Assembly (NCBI GenBank): GCA_023430325.1 | Contig: JAEZAU010000123.1 | Location: 1-37,358, forward strand | DNA from: Bacteroidota bacterium | GTDB taxonomy: Bacteria > Bacteroidota > Bacteroidia > Flavobacteriales_F > PHOS-HE28 | Length of the DNA stretch: 37,358 nucleotides | Reading direction: 5' to 3' | In this document: positions 36,804 through 37,358 of the stretch, in pieces | How the letters are laid out: the number at the start of each line of letters is the position of its first letter | How positions within the stretch are numbered: position 1 is the stretch's first letter | Position numbers and translations under genes: made by a program | The notes under the pieces: generated by a model | The model's input: only the letters and a program-made list of their open reading frames with translations | The model's database searches: none | Told to the model about the DNA's origin: nothing

Positions 36804-37358
36804 TCAGATCCTCGTTTTAAGTTTCGGCAACATCTCGTTCTTCCAGCTTGCGAAGGTTCCTTCCATGATCTTCTCGCGGGCTTCCTGCATCAACGACAGA
36901 TAGAAACCTACGTTGTGCAGGCTGGCGATCTGCTGGCCGAGCATTTCGCCGCTTTGGAAAAGATGGCGTACGAAAGCGCGGGAGTAGAAACTGTCCACCC
37001 AGGTTGTACCGTGCGGATCGAGCGGTCCGTGATCATCGGCCCATTGCTTGTTCTTGATCTGCAGCACGCCTTCGCGGGTGAATAGCATGCCGTTGCGGCC
37101 ATTGCGCGTAGGCATCACACAATCGAACATGTCGATGCCGCGGGCCATGTTCTCCAGCAGGTTCCAAGGTGTTCCAACGCCCATCAGGTAGCGCGGTTTG
37201 TCCTTCGGAAGTATCCCGCAGCACAGCTCGGCCATGGCGTACATCTCCTCTTCGGGCTCACCCACGCTGAGGCCGCCGATCGCGTTGCCATACATGCCTT
37301 TGCTGGCGATGTATTCCGCCGATCGTTCGCGCAGTTCCGGGAAGGTGCTGCCCTGCAC
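36804..37358 (-). CDS. tgt: tRNA-guanine transglycosylase (queuine tRNA-ribosyltransferase), C-terminal part (5' end outside the window)
   Basis: Motifs GGLSVGEP, KPRYLMGVGTP and GIDMFDCVMPTRNGRNG. The ORF is open to the window edge. Confidence 0.92.
   Translation of the reverse strand: MQGSTFPELRERSAEYIASKGMYGNAIGGLSVGEPEEEMYAMAELCCGILPKDKPRYLMGVGTPWNLLENMARGIDMFDCVMPTRNGRNGMLFTREGVLQIKNKQWADDHGPLDPHGTTWVDSFYSRAFVRHLFQSGEMLGQQIASLHNVGFYLSLMQEAREKIMEGTFASWKNEMLPKLKTRI

Overview
This 37.4-kb window is a chromosomal, mostly housekeeping segment that reads as a Bacteroidota-type genome. Two secreted proteins end in T9SS-like C-terminal sorting domains, a GWxTD protein is present, and TAnnTTTG promoter-like motifs sit just upstream of several operon-first genes. 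No Shine-Dalgarno usage is evident. GC is roughly mid-50s % from hand-sampled lines.

I can support 32 protein-coding genes, two of them cut by the window edges. They are densely packed, and many share ATGA or TGATG start/stop overlaps.
- Envelope: PD40-repeat protein, GWxTD lipoprotein, L,D-transpeptidase, Omp85/BamA-like barrel.
- Lipid A: lpxH, lpxK and lpxD, each in a different operon.
- Core metabolism and information processing: ung, lipA, gap, gatB, purine nucleoside phosphorylase, Nif3-like plus zinc-ribbon pair, rnhB, tgt.
- Transport: trkA and trkH.
- Other: M1 metallopeptidase, TlpA-like thioredoxin, OsmC-like protein.
- A small Wzx/Wzy-type polysaccharide locus: GT4 glycosyltransferase, flippase, two tandem Wzz-like paralogs, O-antigen-ligase-like protein.
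- A GAF-like/PP2C phosphatase directly downstream of lpxD.

I recognised no rRNA, tRNA, CRISPR array, integrase, transposase or known defence gene.

Five observations are not explained by the gene list.
1. A diverged family of structured intergenic repeats occupies three intergenic regions (about 2665-2804, 21721-22045, 29198-29545). It has conserved cores and hairpins that differ in sequence but keep the same position. Two loci are about 330-350-nt inverted-arm composites.
2. The palindrome CGATCG is over-represented by about an order of magnitude across the window.
3. A 14-copy heptanucleotide tandem array, with an inverted copy nearby, supplies the stop codons of both convergent genes gap and lpxH.
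4. A related 23-bp ATCAGA-rich inverted repeat lies between tgt and lpxD.
5. One AT-rich gene encoding a BNR-repeat secreted protein lacks CGATCG entirely.

I see no protein-based novel system in this window. The repeat family is the best candidate for something undescribed. All homology calls rest on motifs read from the translations, not on database searches.
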